This document shows, one piece after another, positions 17,979 to 18,102 of a stretch of 18,102 bases of DNA. Made by a program: the position numbers and the translations under genes. Every line of letters starts with the position of its first letter. Positions within the stretch are counted from its first letter, which is position 1. The stretch is from Verrucomicrobiales bacterium (GTDB lineage Bacteria; Verrucomicrobiota; Verrucomicrobiia; Verrucomicrobiales; V1-33): assembly GCA_031411295.1 (NCBI GenBank), contig JANOAV010000126.1, forward strand, positions 1 through 18,102, in the 5' to 3' direction. The notes beneath the pieces were generated by a model. It worked only from the letters and a program-made list of their open reading frames with translations. It had not been told where the DNA came from and did no database searches.

Positions 17979-18102
17979 GTGTGCCCGGCAGGGGCCTGAA
18001 CTAATGAACATGAAACGATGACATCGGAGCTGATGAGAGCAACCGTAGCTGAACCGCAAGGCGACGCCCGCGAGGGTGGAGCTGAAAGAAGCGGGAGGCA
18101 AA
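17979..18102 (+). mobile_element. 5' end (domain I) of a group II intron, class IIC; truncated by window end
   Basis: Starts GTGTG (GUGYG consensus) CCCGGCA, then short hairpins (e.g. CATCG-GAGC-TGATG), then TAGC..AACCGCAAGG..GCCC-GCGA-GGGT..CTGAAAGAAGCGGGAGGCAAA with a GNRA-capped stem. This is colinear with the Oceanobacillus iheyensis-type IIC 5' sequence as I recall it (GTGTGCCCGGCA...AACGCAAGG...CTGAAGGAAGCGG..GGCAAA). It lies directly after a DNA hairpin. Confidence 0.85.

Overview
This is a GC-rich bacterial chromosomal segment. Its gene content (exosortase/EpsI, GYF-RDD, Gly-rich vWA-like protein) suggests Verrucomicrobiota/PVC, which is an inference. It holds 14 credible CDSs: a CzcA/CusA RND pump, a membrane-anchored vWA-like protein, spmAB fusion-hpnD/crtB-pgsA, two secreted alpha/beta hydrolases, a Ste24-like M48 protease, guaB, a GYF_2-RDD protein, menB, and exosortase-EpsI-SDR. 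The intergenic DNA is the interesting part. It has four different REP/REPIN-like palindromes, three elements built from short subrepeats, a 41-bp tandem array, and a ~195-nt structured RNA candidate (6S-like) between guaB and the RDD gene. The last 124 bp look like the 5' end of a group IIC intron, inserted 2 nt after a REP hairpin and inside the REP's CTAC (GTAG) tetranucleotide. This suggests a REP/REPIN-targeting group IIC intron rather than the usual terminator- or attC-targeting type. The intron's RT gene and 3' end lie outside the window.
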